This document shows positions 30,801 to 45,500 of a stretch of 64,000 nucleotides of DNA, in pieces. The stretch is from NCBI RefSeq assembly GCF_009914755.1, contig NC_060948.1. One strand, written 5' to 3'. The DNA comes from the human T2T-CHM13v2.0 reference genome, Homo sapiens. The stretch's first letter is position 1. Each line of letters starts with the position of its first letter. The notes under the pieces are model-generated. The model was not told where the DNA came from. It ran no database searches and was given only the letters and a program-made list of their open reading frames with translations. The translations under genes and the position numbers were made by a program.

Positions 30801-33510
30801 CGGAATGGAATCTAATGGAATGGAATTAAATGGAAATGAATCAAATTGAATAGCACGGAATTGAATTGAATGGAATGGAATGCAATGGAATCTAATGAAA
30901 CGGAAAGGAAAGGAATGGAATGGAATGGAATGGGCTGGAATGGAAAGGAATCGAAACGAATGGAATGGAATCGAACTGAAGAGACTGGAATGGAATGCAC
31001 TGGAATGGAAGGGAGTGTAATGGAAGGTTCTCGAAAAAAATGGAATCGAATGGAATGGAATTGAATGGAACGGAATAGAGTCGAATGGAATTGAATGGAA
31101 TGGAATGGACTAGAGTGAAATGGAATCGAACCACAAGGAATGGACAGGAATAGAATGGTCTCGAATTGAATGGAATCGTATGGAATGGCATCAAACGGAA
31201 TGGAATGGACAGCCACGGAATGGAATGCACTCGAATGCAATGGAGTCGAAACTAATGGACTGGAATAGAATGGACTCGACTGGTACGGACTCCAATGGAA
31301 TGGAATCGAATGGAAGGGAATCGAACGGAATGGACTCGAAGGGAAAAGACTGCAATGGAAAGGTCTCGAATGGAATGGAAATTAATGGAATGGAATGGAA
31401 TCGAATGAAATGGAGTCAAAAGGAATGGAATCGAATGGCAAGAAATCGAATGTAATGGAATCGCAAGGAATTGATGTGAACGGAACGGAATGGAATGGAA
31501 TCCAAAGGAATGGAATAGAATGGAATGGAATCGAATGGAAAGGACTCGAATGGAAATCACTCGAATAGAATGCAATTTAATAAAATAGGATCAAATGTAA
31601 TGGAATGGAATGGAAAGGAATCGAAACGAAAGGAATGGAGACAGATGGAATGGAATGGAACAGAGAGCAATGGTATAGAATGGAATGGAATCATCTGGAA
31701 TGGAATTGAATGGAATGGAATAATATGAAATGGAATGGAATGGAATGGAATGGAATGCCCTTGAATTAAATGGACTGGAATGGAATGGACTCGAACAGAG
31801 TGGAATGGAAAGTGTTGAGATAGAATGGAATGGACTCCTTTGGAATGGTCTAGTATGCAATGCAATCGACTGTCAGGGAATCAAAAGGAATGTAATCGAA
31901 TGGATTGGACTGGAATGCAATGGACTCGAAGAGATTGGAAACGGAATGCAAAGGAATGGAATGGAATAGTATGGAATGGAATGGAAAGGAATGGAGTGGA
32001 ATAGACTAGAGTGGAATGGAATGGACTGGAAAGCAATGGACTGGAATGGAACTTTCTTGAATGGACTGGAATCAAACGGAATGGAATGCAATGCAATCAA
32101 ATGGCATGGAATAAAATAGAATGAAAGAGAATCAAATGGAATTGAATCGAATGGAATCGAATGGATTGGAAAGGAATAGAATGGAATGGAATGGAATGGA
32201 CTCAAATGGAATGGACTAGAATGGAATGGATTCGAATGGAAGGCAAAGGAATGGAATCTATTGGAATGGACTGTAATGGAATGGAATGGAAGGGATTGGA
32301 ATGGACTCGAATGGAATGGACTGCAATAGAAAGGATTCGAATGGAATGAAAAAGAATTGAATGGAATAGAACAGAATGGAATCAAATCGAATGAAATGGA
32401 ATGGAATAGAAAGGAATGGAATGAAATGGAATGGAAAGGATTCGAATGGAATGCAATCGAATGGAATGGAATCGAACGGAATGGAATAAAATGGAAGAAA
32501 ACTGGCAAGAAATGGAATCGAAATGAATGGAGTGTTATGGAACGGACTCAAAAGGAATTGAATGTAATAGAATGGAGTGGAGTGGACTCGAATATAATGG
32601 ACTGGAATGGAATGAAATCACATGGAATGGGAACGAATGGAATGGAATGGAAAGGAATGGAATCGAATGGAAAGGAATCGAATGGAAGGGAATGAAATTG
32701 AATCAACAGGAATGGAAGGGAATAGAATAGACGGTAATGGAATGGACTCGAATAGAATGGACACGAATGCTCAAATTGAATGGATTCGAATGGAATGGAA
32801 ACGAAAGGAATGTCATCGAATGGAATTGAATCGATTGGAATGAAATCGCATAGAATGGAGTGGAATCAAATGGAATTGAATCGAAAGGAAAGGAAGCGAA
32901 TGGACTGAAATGAAATGGAATGGAATTGAATGGAAAGTAATGCAATGGAATAGAATGGAACGAAATTTCACGGAATGGAATCAAACTGAATGGAATCAAA
33001 TCAATGGAATCCAATCAAATGGAATGGAGTAGATTGGATTGGATGGGATTGGAATGAAATGTACTGGAAAGGACTCGAATTTCATGAAACGGAATGCAAT
33101 GAATTGGAACGGAATGGACTCGAATGGAATGGAATGTCATAGAATGGCATCAAATGGATTGGCATCAAATGGAATGGAATAGAATGCAATAGAATGCTAT
33201 GGAATGGAATGGAATGCATTGGAATGGAATGTCCTCTAATGGAATGGATTCGAGTGGAATGGAATCGAATATAATGGAGTCGAATGAAATGGAATTGAAA
33301 GGAATGGGATCGAATACAATGGAATATACTGGAATGTAATGTAATGAACTCGAATGTAATTGACTGGAATGGAATGTACATGAATGGAATGTAATCGAAT
33401 GGAAATTAATCCAATGGAATAGAATCTAATGCAATAAAATCGACTCAGATAGAGTAGAATGTAATGGAATGGAGTGCAGTGCAATGGAATGGAATGGAAT
33501 GGAATGCAAT

Positions 33511-33565
33511 GGAATGGAATGGAATGGAATGGAATGGAATGGAATGGAATGGAATGGAATGGAAT
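33511..33565 (+). repeat. Perfect (GGAAT)11 tract; longest copy of the variable microsatellite present in each monomer
   Basis: Eleven uninterrupted GGAAT pentamers lie between GCAAT and GGGAT. The homologous tract has only 4 pentamers in the first two units (~1545-1564, ~5089-5108). Confidence 0.85.
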
Positions 33566-36500
33566 GGGATGGAATGGTATGGAATGGATAGTAATGGACT
33601 GGAGTGAAATGGACTGGAATGGAATGGACTCAAATTGAAAGGGCTAGAAAGGAATGGAGTCAAATGGAATGGTCTGGAATGGAATGAACACGAATGTAAT
33701 GCAATCCAATAGAATGGAATCGAATGGCATGGAATATAAAGAAATGGAATCGAAGAGAATGGAAACAAATGGAATGGAATTGAATGGAATGGAATTGAAT
33801 GGAATGGGAACGAATGGAGTGAAATTGTATGCAGTAGAAGGGAATAGAATGGAATGCAAGCGAAAGGAAAGGAATGGATTGGAATGGAATGGAATTCATT
33901 GGAATGGAAGGGAATGTAGTGTAATGGACAGGCCTGGAATAAAGTGGAATGCTACGGTCTCGAATGGAATAAAAATGTATGGAATGGAATGCAATGAAAC
34001 GGAATCGAATGTCATAGAATGTAATGGAATGCAACAAAATGGAATCCAAAATCATTGACTGGAAAGGCTGGGTGTCGAAAGGAATTGACTCCAATGGAAT
34101 GGAATCGAATGGAATGGAAGTGAATAGAATCGAACTAAATCGAATGGAATGGAATTGATAGGAACGGAATGGAAAGGAATGCAATGATTTGGCATGGAAT
34201 GGAATCGAATGGCATCGAATGGAATGGAATGGAATGCAATGGAATGGAATGTATTAGAATGTAATGAACTTTAATGGAATGTACTCGAATGGATTCGACT
34301 GGAATGGAATGTTCTGGAAGTGAATGGACTCCAATGGAATGGATTCAAAAGGAATGGAATCGTACGGAATGGAATCTAATGGAATGGAATTAAATGGAAA
34401 TGAATCAAATTGAATAGCACGGAATTGAATTGAATGGAATTGAATGCAATGGAATCTAATGAAACGGAAAGGAAAGGAATGGAATGGAATGGAATGGGCT
34501 GGAATGGAAAGGAATCGAAACGAATGGAATGGAATCGAACTGAAGAGACTGGAATGGAATGCACTGGAATGGAAGGGAGTGTAATGGAAGGTTCTCGAAA
34601 AAAATGGAATCGAATGGAATGGAATTGAATGGAACGGAATAGAGTCGAATGGAATTGAATGGAATGGAATGGACTAGAGTGAAATGGAATCGAACCACAA
34701 GGAATGGACAGGAATAGAATGGTCTCGAATTGAATGGAATCGTATGGAATGGCATCAAACGGAATGGAATGGACAGCCACGGAATGGAATGCACTCGAAT
34801 GCAATGGAGTCGAAACTAATGGACTGGAATAGAATGGACTCGACTGGTACGGACTCCAATGGAATGGAATCGAATGGAAGGGAATCGAACGGAATGGACT
34901 CGAAGGGAAAAGACTGCAATGGAAAGGTCTCGAATGGAATGGAAATTAATGGAATGGAATGGAATCGAATGAAATGGAGTCAAAAGGAATGGAATCGAAT
35001 GGCAAGAAATCGAATGTAATGGAATCGCAAGGAATTGATGTGAACGGAACGGAATGGAATGGAATCCAAAGGAATGGAATAGAATGGAATGGAATCGAAT
35101 GGAAAGGACTCGAATGGAAATCACTCGAATAGAATGCAATTTAATAAAATAGGATCAAATGTAATGGAATGGAATGGAAAGGAATCGAAACGAAAGGAAT
35201 GGAGACAGATGGAATGGAATGGAACAGAGAGCAATGGTATAGAATGGAATGGAATCATCTGGAATGGAATTGAATGGAATGGAATAATATGAAATGGAAT
35301 GGAATGGAATGGAATGGAATGCCCTTGAATTAAATGGACTGGAATGGAATGGACTCGAACAGAGTGGAATGGAAAGTGTTGAGATAGAATGGAATGGACT
35401 CCTTTGGAATGGTCTAGTATGCAATGCAATCGACTGTCAGGGAATCAAAAGGAATGTAATCGAATGGATTGGACTGGAATGCAATGGACTCGAATAGATT
35501 GGAAACGGAATGCAAAGGAATGGAATGGAATAGTATGGAATGGAATGGAAAGGAATGGAGTGGAATAGACTAGAGTGGAATGGAATGGACTGGAAAGCAA
35601 TGGACTGGAATGGAACTTTCTTGAATGGACTGGAATCAAACGGAATGGAATGCAATGCAATCAAATGGCATGGAATAAAATAGAATGAAAGAGAATCAAA
35701 TGGAATTGAATCGAATGGAATCGAATGGATTGTAATGGAATGGAATGGAATTGACTCAAATGGAATGGACTAGAATGGAATGGATTCGAATGGAAGGCAA
35801 AGGAATGGAATCTATTGGAATGGACTGTAATGGAATGGAATGGAAGGGATTGGAATGGACTCGAATGGAATGGACTGCAATAGAAAGGATTCGAATGGAA
35901 TGAAAAAGAATTGAATGGAATAGAACAGAATGGAATCAAATCGAATGAAATGGAATGGAATAGAAAGGAATGGAATGAAATGGAATGGAAAGGATTCGAA
36001 TGGAATGCAATCGAATGGAATGGAATCGAACGGAATGGAATAAAATGGAAGAAAACTGGCAAGAAATGGAATCGAAATGAATGGAGTGTTATGGAACGGA
36101 CTCAAAAGGAATTGAATGTAATAGAATGGAGTGGAGTGGACTCGAATATAATGGACTGGAATGGAATGAAATCACATGGAATGGGAACGAATGGAATGGA
36201 ATGGAAAGGAATGGAATCGAATGGAAAGGAATCGAATGGAAGGGAATGAAATTGAATCAACAGGAATGGAAGGGAATAGAATAGACGGTAATGGAATGGA
36301 CTCGAATAGAATGGACACGAATGCTCAAATTGAATGGATTCGAATGGAATGGAAACGAAAGGAATGTCATCGAATGGAATTGAATCGATTGGAATGAAAT
36401 CGCATAGAATGGAGTGGAATCAAATGGAATTGAATCGAAAGGAAAGGAAGCGAATGGACTGAAATGAAATGGAATGGAATTGAATGGAAAGTAATGCAAT

Positions 36501-39500
36501 GGAATAGAATGGAACGAAATTTCACGGAATGGAATCAAACTGAATGGAATCAAATCAATGGAATCCAATCAAATGGAATGGAGTAGATTGGATTGGATGG
36601 GATTGGAATGAAATGTACTGGAAAGGACTCGAATTTCATGAAACGGAATGCAATGAATTGGAACGGAATGGACTCGAATGGAATGGAATGTCATAGAATG
36701 GCATCAAATGGATTGGCATCAAATGGAATGGAATAGAATGCAATAGAATGCTATGGAATGGAATGGAATGCATTGGAATGGAATGTCCTCTAATGGAATG
36801 GATTCGAGTGGAATGGAATCGAATATAATGGAGTCGAATGAAATGGAATTGAAAGGAATGGGATCGAATACAATGGAATATACTGGAATGTAATGTAATG
36901 AACTCGAATGTAATTGACTGGAATGGAATGTACATGAATGGAATGTAATCGAATGGAAAGTAATCCAATGGAATAGAATCTAATGCAATAAAATCGACTC
37001 AGATAGAGTAGAATGTAATGGAATGGAGTGCAGTGCAATGGAATGGAATGGAATTGAATGCAATGGAATGGAATGGAATGGAATGGAATGGAATGGAATG
37101 GAATGGAATGGAATGGGATGGAATGGTATGGAATGGATAGTAATGGACTGGAGTGAAATGGACTGGAATGGAATGGACTCAAATTGAAAGGGCTAGAAAG
37201 GAATGGAGTCAAATGGAATGGTCTGGAATGGAATGAACACGAATGTAATGCAATCCAATAGAATGGAATCGAATGGCATGGAATATAAAGAAATGGAATC
37301 GAAGAGAATGGAAACAAATGGAATGGAATTGAATGGAATGGAATTGAATGGAATGGGAACGAATGGAGTGAAATTGTATGCAGTAGAAGGGAATAGAATG
37401 GAATGCAAGCGAAAGGAAAGGAATGGATTGGAATGGAATGGAATTCATTGGAATGGAAGGGAATGTAGTGTAATGGACAGGCCTGGAATAAAGTGGAATG
37501 CTACGGTCTCGAATGGAATAAAAATGTATGGAATGGAATGCAATGAAACGGAATCGAATGTCATAGAATGTAATGGAATGCAAAAAAATGGAATCCAAAA
37601 TCATTGACTGGAAAGGCTGGGTGTCGAAAGGAATTGACTGCAATGGAATGGAATCGAATGGAATGGAAGTGAATAGAATCGAACTAAATCGAATGGAATG
37701 GAATTGATAGGAACGGAATGGAAAGGAATGCAATGATTTGGCATGGAATGGAATCGAATGGCATCGAATGGAATGGAATGGAATGCAATGGAATGGAATG
37801 TATTAGAATGTAATGAACATTAATGGAATGTACTCGAATGGATTCGACTGGATTGGAATGTTCTGGAAGTGAATGGACTCCAATGGAATGGATTCGAAAG
37901 GAATGGAATCGAACGGAATGGATTCTAATGGAATGGAATTAAATGGAAATGAATCAAATTGAATAGCACGGAATTGAATTGAATGGAATCGAATGCAATG
38001 GAATCTAATGAAACGGAAAGGAAAGAATGGAATGGAATAGAATGGGCTGGAATGGAAAGGAATCGAAACGAATGGAATGGAATCGAACTGAAGAGACTGG
38101 AATGGAATGCACTGGAATGGAAGGGAGTGTAATGGAAGGTTCTCGAAAAAAATGGAATCGAATGGAATGGAATGGAATGGAACGGAATAGAGTCGAATGG
38201 AATTGAATGGAATGGAATGGACTAGAGTGAAATGGAATCGAACCACAAGGAATGGACATGAATAGAATGGTCTCGAATTGAATGGAATCGTATGGAATGG
38301 CATCAAACGGAATGGAATGGACAGCCACGGAATGGAATGCACTCGAATGCAATGGAGTCGAAACTAATGGACTGGAATAGAATGGACTCGACTGGTACGG
38401 ACTCCAATGGAATGGAATCGAATGGAAGGGAATCGAACGGAATGGACTCGAAGGGAAAAGACTGCAATGGAAAGGTCTCGAATGGAATGGAAATTAATGG
38501 GATGGAATGGAATCGAATGAAATGGAGTCAAAAGGAATGGAATCGAATGGTAAGAAATTGAATGTAATGGAATCGCAAGGAATTGATGTGAACGGAACGG
38601 AATGGAATGGAATCCAAAGGAATGGAATAGAATGGAATGGAATCGAATGGAAAGGACTCGAATGGAAATCACTCGAATAGAATGCAATTTAATAAAATAG
38701 GATCAAATGTAATGGAATGGAATGGAAAGGAATCGAAACGAAAGGAATGGAGACAGATGGAATGGAATGGAACAGAGAGCAATGGTATAGAATGGAATGG
38801 AATCATCTGGAATGGAATTGAATGGAATGGAATAATATGAAATGGAATGGAATGGAATGGAATGCCCTTGAATTAAATGGACTGGAATGGAATGGACTCG
38901 AACAGAGTGGAATGGAAAGTGTTGAAATAGAATGGAATGGACTCCTTTGGAATGGTCTAGTATGCAATGCAATCGACTGGCAGGGAATCAAAAGGAATGT
39001 CATCGAATGGATTGGACTGGAATGCAATGGACTCGAATAGATTGGAAACGGAATGCAAAGGAATGGAATGGAATAGTATGGAATGCAATGGAAGGGAATG
39101 GAGTGGAATAGACTAGAGTGGAATGGAATGGACTGGAAAGCAATGGACTGGAATGGAACTTTCTTGGATGGACTGGAATCAAACGGAATGGAATGCAATG
39201 CAATCAAATGGCATGGAATAAAATAGAATGAAAGAGAATCAAATGGAATTGAATCGAATGGAATCGAATGGATTGGAAAGGAATAGAATGGAATGGAATG
39301 GAATTGACTCAAATGGAATGGACTAGAATGGAATGGATTCGAATGGAAGGCAAAGGAATGGAATCTATTGGAATGGACTGTAATGGAATGGAATGGAAGG
39401 GATTGGAATGGACTCGAATGGAATGGACTGCAATAGAAAGGATTCGAATGGAATGAAAAAGAATTGAATGGAATAGAACAGAATGGAATCAAATCGAATG

Positions 39501-42500
39501 AAATGGAATGGAAAAGAAAGGAATGGAATGAAATGGAATGGAAAGGATTCGAATGGAATGCAATCGAATGGAATGGAATCGAGTGGAATGGAATAAAATG
39601 GAAGAAAACTGGCAAGAAATGGAATCGAAATGAATGGAGTGTTATGGAACGGACTCAAAAGGAATTGAATGTAATAGAATGGAGTGGAGTGGAATCGAAT
39701 ATAATGGACTGGAATGGAATGAAATCACATGGAATGGGAACGAATGGAATGGAATGGAAAGGAATGGAATCGAATGGAAAGGAATCGAATGGAAGGGAAT
39801 GAAATTGAATCAACACGAATGGAAGGGAATAGAATAGACTGTAATGGAATGGACTCGAATAGAATGGACACGAATGCTCAAATTAAATGGACTCGAATGG
39901 AATGGAAACGAAAGGAATGTCATCGGATGGAATTGAATCGATTGGAATGAAATCGCATAGAATGGAGTGGAATCAAATGGAATTGAATCGAAAGGAAAGG
40001 AAGCGAATGGACTGAAATGAAATGGAATGGAATTGAATGGAAAGTAATGCAATGGAATAGAATGGAACGAAATTTCACGGAATGGAATCAAACTGAATGG
40101 AATCAAATCAATGGAATCAAATCAAATGGAATGGAAAGGAATTGAATGGAGTAGATGGGATTGGATGGGATTGGAATGAAATGTACTGGAAAGGACTCGA
40201 ATTTCATGAAACGGAATGGAATGAATTGGAACGGAATGGACTCGAATGGAATGGAATGTCATGGGATGGCATCAAATGGAATGGCATCAAATGGAATGGA
40301 ATCGAATGCAATGGAATGCTATGGAATGGAATGGAATGCATTGGAATGGAATGTCCTCTAATGGAATGGATTCGAGTGGAATGGAATTGAATATAATGGA
40401 GTCGAATGAAACGGAATTGAAAGGAATGGGATCGAATACAATGGAATATACTGGAATGTAACGTAATGAACTCGAATGTAATTGACTGGAATGGAATGTA
40501 CATGAATGGAATATAATCGAATGGAAAGTAATCCAGTGGAATAGAATCTAATGCAATAAAATCGACTCAGAAAGAGTAGAATGTAATGGAATGGAGTGCA
40601 GTGCAATGGAATGGAATGGAATGGAATGCAATTGAATGGAATGGAATGGAATGGAATGGGATGGAATGGTATGTAATGGATAGTAATGGACTGGAGTGAA
40701 ATGGACTGGAAAGGAATGGACTCAAATTGAAAGGGCTCGAAAGGAATGGAGTCAAATGGAATGGTCTGGAATGGAATGAACACGAATGTAATGCAATCCA
40801 ATAGAATGGAATCGAATGGCATGGAATATAAAGAAATGGAATCGAAGAGAATGGAAACAAATGGAATGGAATTGAATGGAATGGAATTGAATGGAATGGG
40901 AACGAATGGAGTGAAATTGTATGCAGTAGAAGAGAATAGAATGGAATGCAAGCGAAAGGAAGGGAATGGATTGGAATGGAATGGAATTCATTGGAATGGA
41001 AGGGAATGTAGTGTAATGGACAGGCCTGGAATAAAGTGGAATGCTACGGTCTCGAATGGAATAAAAATGTATGGAATGGAATGCAATGAAACGGAATCGA
41101 ATGTCATAGAATGTAATGGAATGCAACAAAATGGAATCCAAAATCATTGACTGGAAAGGCTGGGTGTCGAAAGGAATTGACTCCAATGGAATGGAATCGA
41201 ATGGAATGGAAGTGAATAGAATCGAACTAAATCGAATGGAATGGAATTGATAGGAACGGAATGGAAAGGAATGCAATGATTTGGCATGGAATGGAATCGA
41301 ATGGCATCGAATGGAATGGAATGGAATGCAATGGAATGGAATGTAGTAGAATGTAATGAACATTAATGGAATGTACTCGAATGGATTCGACTGGAATGGA
41401 ATGTTCTGGAAGTGAATGGACTCCAATGGAATGGATTCGAAAGGAATGGAATCGAACGGAATGGAATCTAATGGAATGGAATTAAATGGAAATGAATCAA
41501 ATTGAATAGCACGGAATTGAATTGAATGGAATCAAATGCAATGGAATCTAATGAAACGGAAAGGAAAGAATGGAATGGAATAGAATGGGCTGGAATGGAA
41601 AGGAATCGAAACGAATGGAATGGAATCGAACTGAAGAGACTGGAATGGAATGCACTGGAATGGAAGGGAGTGTAATGGAAGGTTCTCGACAAAAATGGAA
41701 TCGAATGGAATGGAATTGATTGGAACGGAATAGAGTCGAATGGAATTGAATGGAATGGAATGGACTAGAGTGAAATGGAATCGAACCACAAGGAATGGAC
41801 AGGAATAGAATGGTCTCGAATTGAATGGAATCGTATGGAATGGCATCAAACGGAATGGAATGGACAGCCACGGAATGGAATGCACTCGAATGCAATGGAG
41901 TCGAAACTAATGGACTGGAATAGAATGGACTCGACTGGTACGGACTCCAATGGAATGGAATCGAATGGAAGGGAATCGAACGGAATGGACTCGAAGGGAA
42001 AAGACTGCAATGGAAAGGTCTCGAATGGAATGGAAATTAATGGGATGGAATGGAATCGAATGAAATGGAGTCAAAAGGAATGGAATCGAATGGCAAGAAA
42101 TCGAATGTAATGGAATCGCAAGGAATTGATGTGAACGGAACGGAATGGAATGGAATCCAAAGGAATGGAATAGAATGGAATGGAATCGAATGGAAAGGAC
42201 TCGAATGGAAATCACTCGAATAGAATGCAATTTAATAAAATAGGATCAAATGTAATAGAATGGAATGGAAAGGAATCGAAACGGAAGGAATGGAGACAGA
42301 TGGAATGGAATGGAACAGAGAGCAATGGTATAGAATGGAATGGAATCATCTGGAATGGAATTGAATGGAATGGAATAATATGAAATGGAATGGAATGGAA
42401 TGGAATGGAATGCCCTTGAATTAAATGGACTGGAATGGAATGGACTCGAACAGAGTGGAATGGAAAGTGTTGAGATAGAATGGAATGGACTCATTTGGAA

Positions 42501-45500
42501 TGGTGTAGTATGCAATGCAATCGACTGGCAGGGAATCAAAAGGAATGTAATCGAATGGATTGGACTGGAATGCAATGGATTCGAATAGATTGCAAACGGA
42601 ATGCAAAGGAATGGAATGGAATAGTATGGAATGGAATGGAAAGGAATGGAGTGGAATAGACTAGAGTGGAATGGAATGGACTGGAAAGCAATGGACTGGA
42701 ATGGAACTTTCTTGAATGGACTGGAATCAAACGGAATGGAATGCAATGCAATCAAATGGCATGGAATAAAATAGAATGAAAGAGAATCAAATGGAATTGA
42801 ATCGAATGGAATCGAATGGAATGGAATGGAATGGACTAGAATGGAATGGATTCGAATGGAAGGCAAAGGAATGGAATCTATTGGAATGGACTGTAATGGA
42901 ATGGAATGGAAGGGATTGGAATGGACTCGAATGGAATTGACTGCAATAGAAAGGATTCGAATGGAATGAAAAAGAATTGAATGGAATAGAACAGAATGGA
43001 ATCAAATCGAATGAAATGGAATGGAATAGAAAGGAATGGAATGAAATGGAATGGAAAGGATTCGAATGGAATGCAATCGAATGGAATGGAATCGAACGGA
43101 ATGGAATAAAATGGAAGAAAACTGGCAAGAAATGGAATCGAAATGAATGGAGTGTTATGGAACGGACTCAAAAGGAATTGAATGTAATAGAATGGAGTGG
43201 AGTGGACTCGAATATAATGGACTGGAATGGAATGAAATCACATGGAATGGGAACGAGTGGAATGGAATGGAAAGGAATGGAATCGAATGGAAAGGAATCG
43301 AATGGAAGGGAATGAAATTGAATCAACAGGAATGGAAGGGAATAGAATAGACGGTAATGGAATGGACTCGAATAGAATGGACACGAATGCTCAAATTGAA
43401 TGGACTCGAATGGAATGGAAACGAAAGGAATGTCATCGAATGGAATTGAATCGATTGGAATGAAATTGCATAGAATGGAGTGGAATCAAATGGAATTGAA
43501 TCGAAAGGAAAGGAAGCGAATGGACTGAAATGAAATGGAATGGAATTGAATGGAAAGTAATGCAATGGAATAGAATGGAACGAAATTACACGGAATGGAA
43601 TCAAACTGAATGGAATCAAATCAATGGAATCCAATCAAATGGAATGGAGTAGATTGGATTGGATGGGATTGGAATGAAATGTACTGGAAAGGACTCGAAT
43701 TTCATGAAACGGAATGGAATGAATTGGAACGGAATGGACTCGAATGGAATGGAATGTCATAGAATGGTATCAAATGGAATGGCATCAAATGGAATGGAAT
43801 CGAATGCAATGGAATGCTATGGAATGGAATGGAATGCATTGGAATGGAATGTCCTCTAATGGAATGGATTCGAGTGGAATGGAATCGAATATAATGGAGT
43901 CGAATGAAATGGAATTGAAAGGAATGGGATGGAATACAATGGAATATACTGGAATGTAATGTAATGAACTCGAATGTAATTGACTGGAATGGAATGTACA
44001 TGAGTGGAATGTAATCGAATGGAAAGTAATCCAATGGAATAGAATCTAATGCAATAAAATCGACTCAGATAGAGTAGAATGTAATGGAATGGAGTGCAGT
44101 GCAATGGAATGGAATGGAATGGAATGCAATGGAATGGAATGGAATGGAATGGAATGGAATGGAATGGGATGGAATGGTATGGAATGGATAGTAATGGACT
44201 GGAGTGAAATGGACTGGAAAGGAATGGACTCAAATTGAAAGGGCTCGAAAGGAATGGAGTCAAATGGAATGGTCTGGAATGGAATGAACACGAATGTAAT
44301 GCAATCCAACAGAATGGAATCGAATGGCATGGAATATAAAGAAATGGAATCGAAGAGAATGGAAACAAATGGAATGGAATTGAATGGAATGGAATTGAAT
44401 GGAATGTGAACGAATGTAGTGAAATTGTATGCAGTAGAAGAGAATAGAATGGAATGCAAGCGAAATGAAAGGAATGGATTGGAATGGAATGGAATTCATT
44501 GGAATGGAAGGGAATGTAGTGTAATGGACAGGCCTGGAATAAAGTGGAATGCTACGGTCTCGAATGGAATAAAAATGTATGGAATGGAATGCAATGAAAC
44601 GGAATCGAATGTCATAGAATGTAATGGAATGCAAAAAAATGGAATCCAAAATCATTGAATGCAAAGGCTGGGTGTCGAAAGGAATTGACTCCAATGGAAT
44701 GGAATCGAATGGAATGGAAGTGAATAGAATCGAACTAAATCGAATGGAATGGAATTGATAGGAACGGAATGAAAAGGAATGCAATGATTTGGCATGAAAT
44801 GGAATCGAATGGCATCGAATGGAATGGAATGGAATGCAATGGAATGGAATGTATTAGAATGTAATGAACTTTAATGGAATGTACTCGAATGGATTCGACT
44901 GGAATGGAATGTTCTGGAAGTGAATGGACTCCAATGGAATGGATTCAAAAGGAATGGAATCGTACGGAATGGAATCCAATGGAATGGAATTAAATGGAAA
45001 TGAATCAAATTGAATAGCACGGAATTGAATTGAATGGAATTGAATGCAATGGAATCTAATGAAACGGAAAGGAAAGGAATGGAATGGAATGGAATGGGCT
45101 GGAATGGAAAGGAATCGAAACGAATGGAATGGAATCGAACTGAAGAGACTGGAATGGAATGCACTGGAATGGAAGGGAGTGTAATGGAAGGTTCTCGAAA
45201 AAAATGGAATCGAATGAAATGCAATTGAATGGAACGGAATAGAGTCGAATGGAATTGAATGGAATGGAATGGACTAGAGTGAAATGGAATCGAACCACAA
45301 GGAATGGACAGGAATAGAATGGTCTCGAATTGAATGGAATCGTATGGAATGGCATCAAACGGAATGGAATGGACAGCCACGGAATGGAATGCACTCGAAT
45401 GCAATGGAGTCGAAACTAATGGACTGGAATAGAATGGACTCGACTGGTACGGACTCCAATGGAATGGAATCGAATGGAAGGGAATCGAACGGAATGGACT

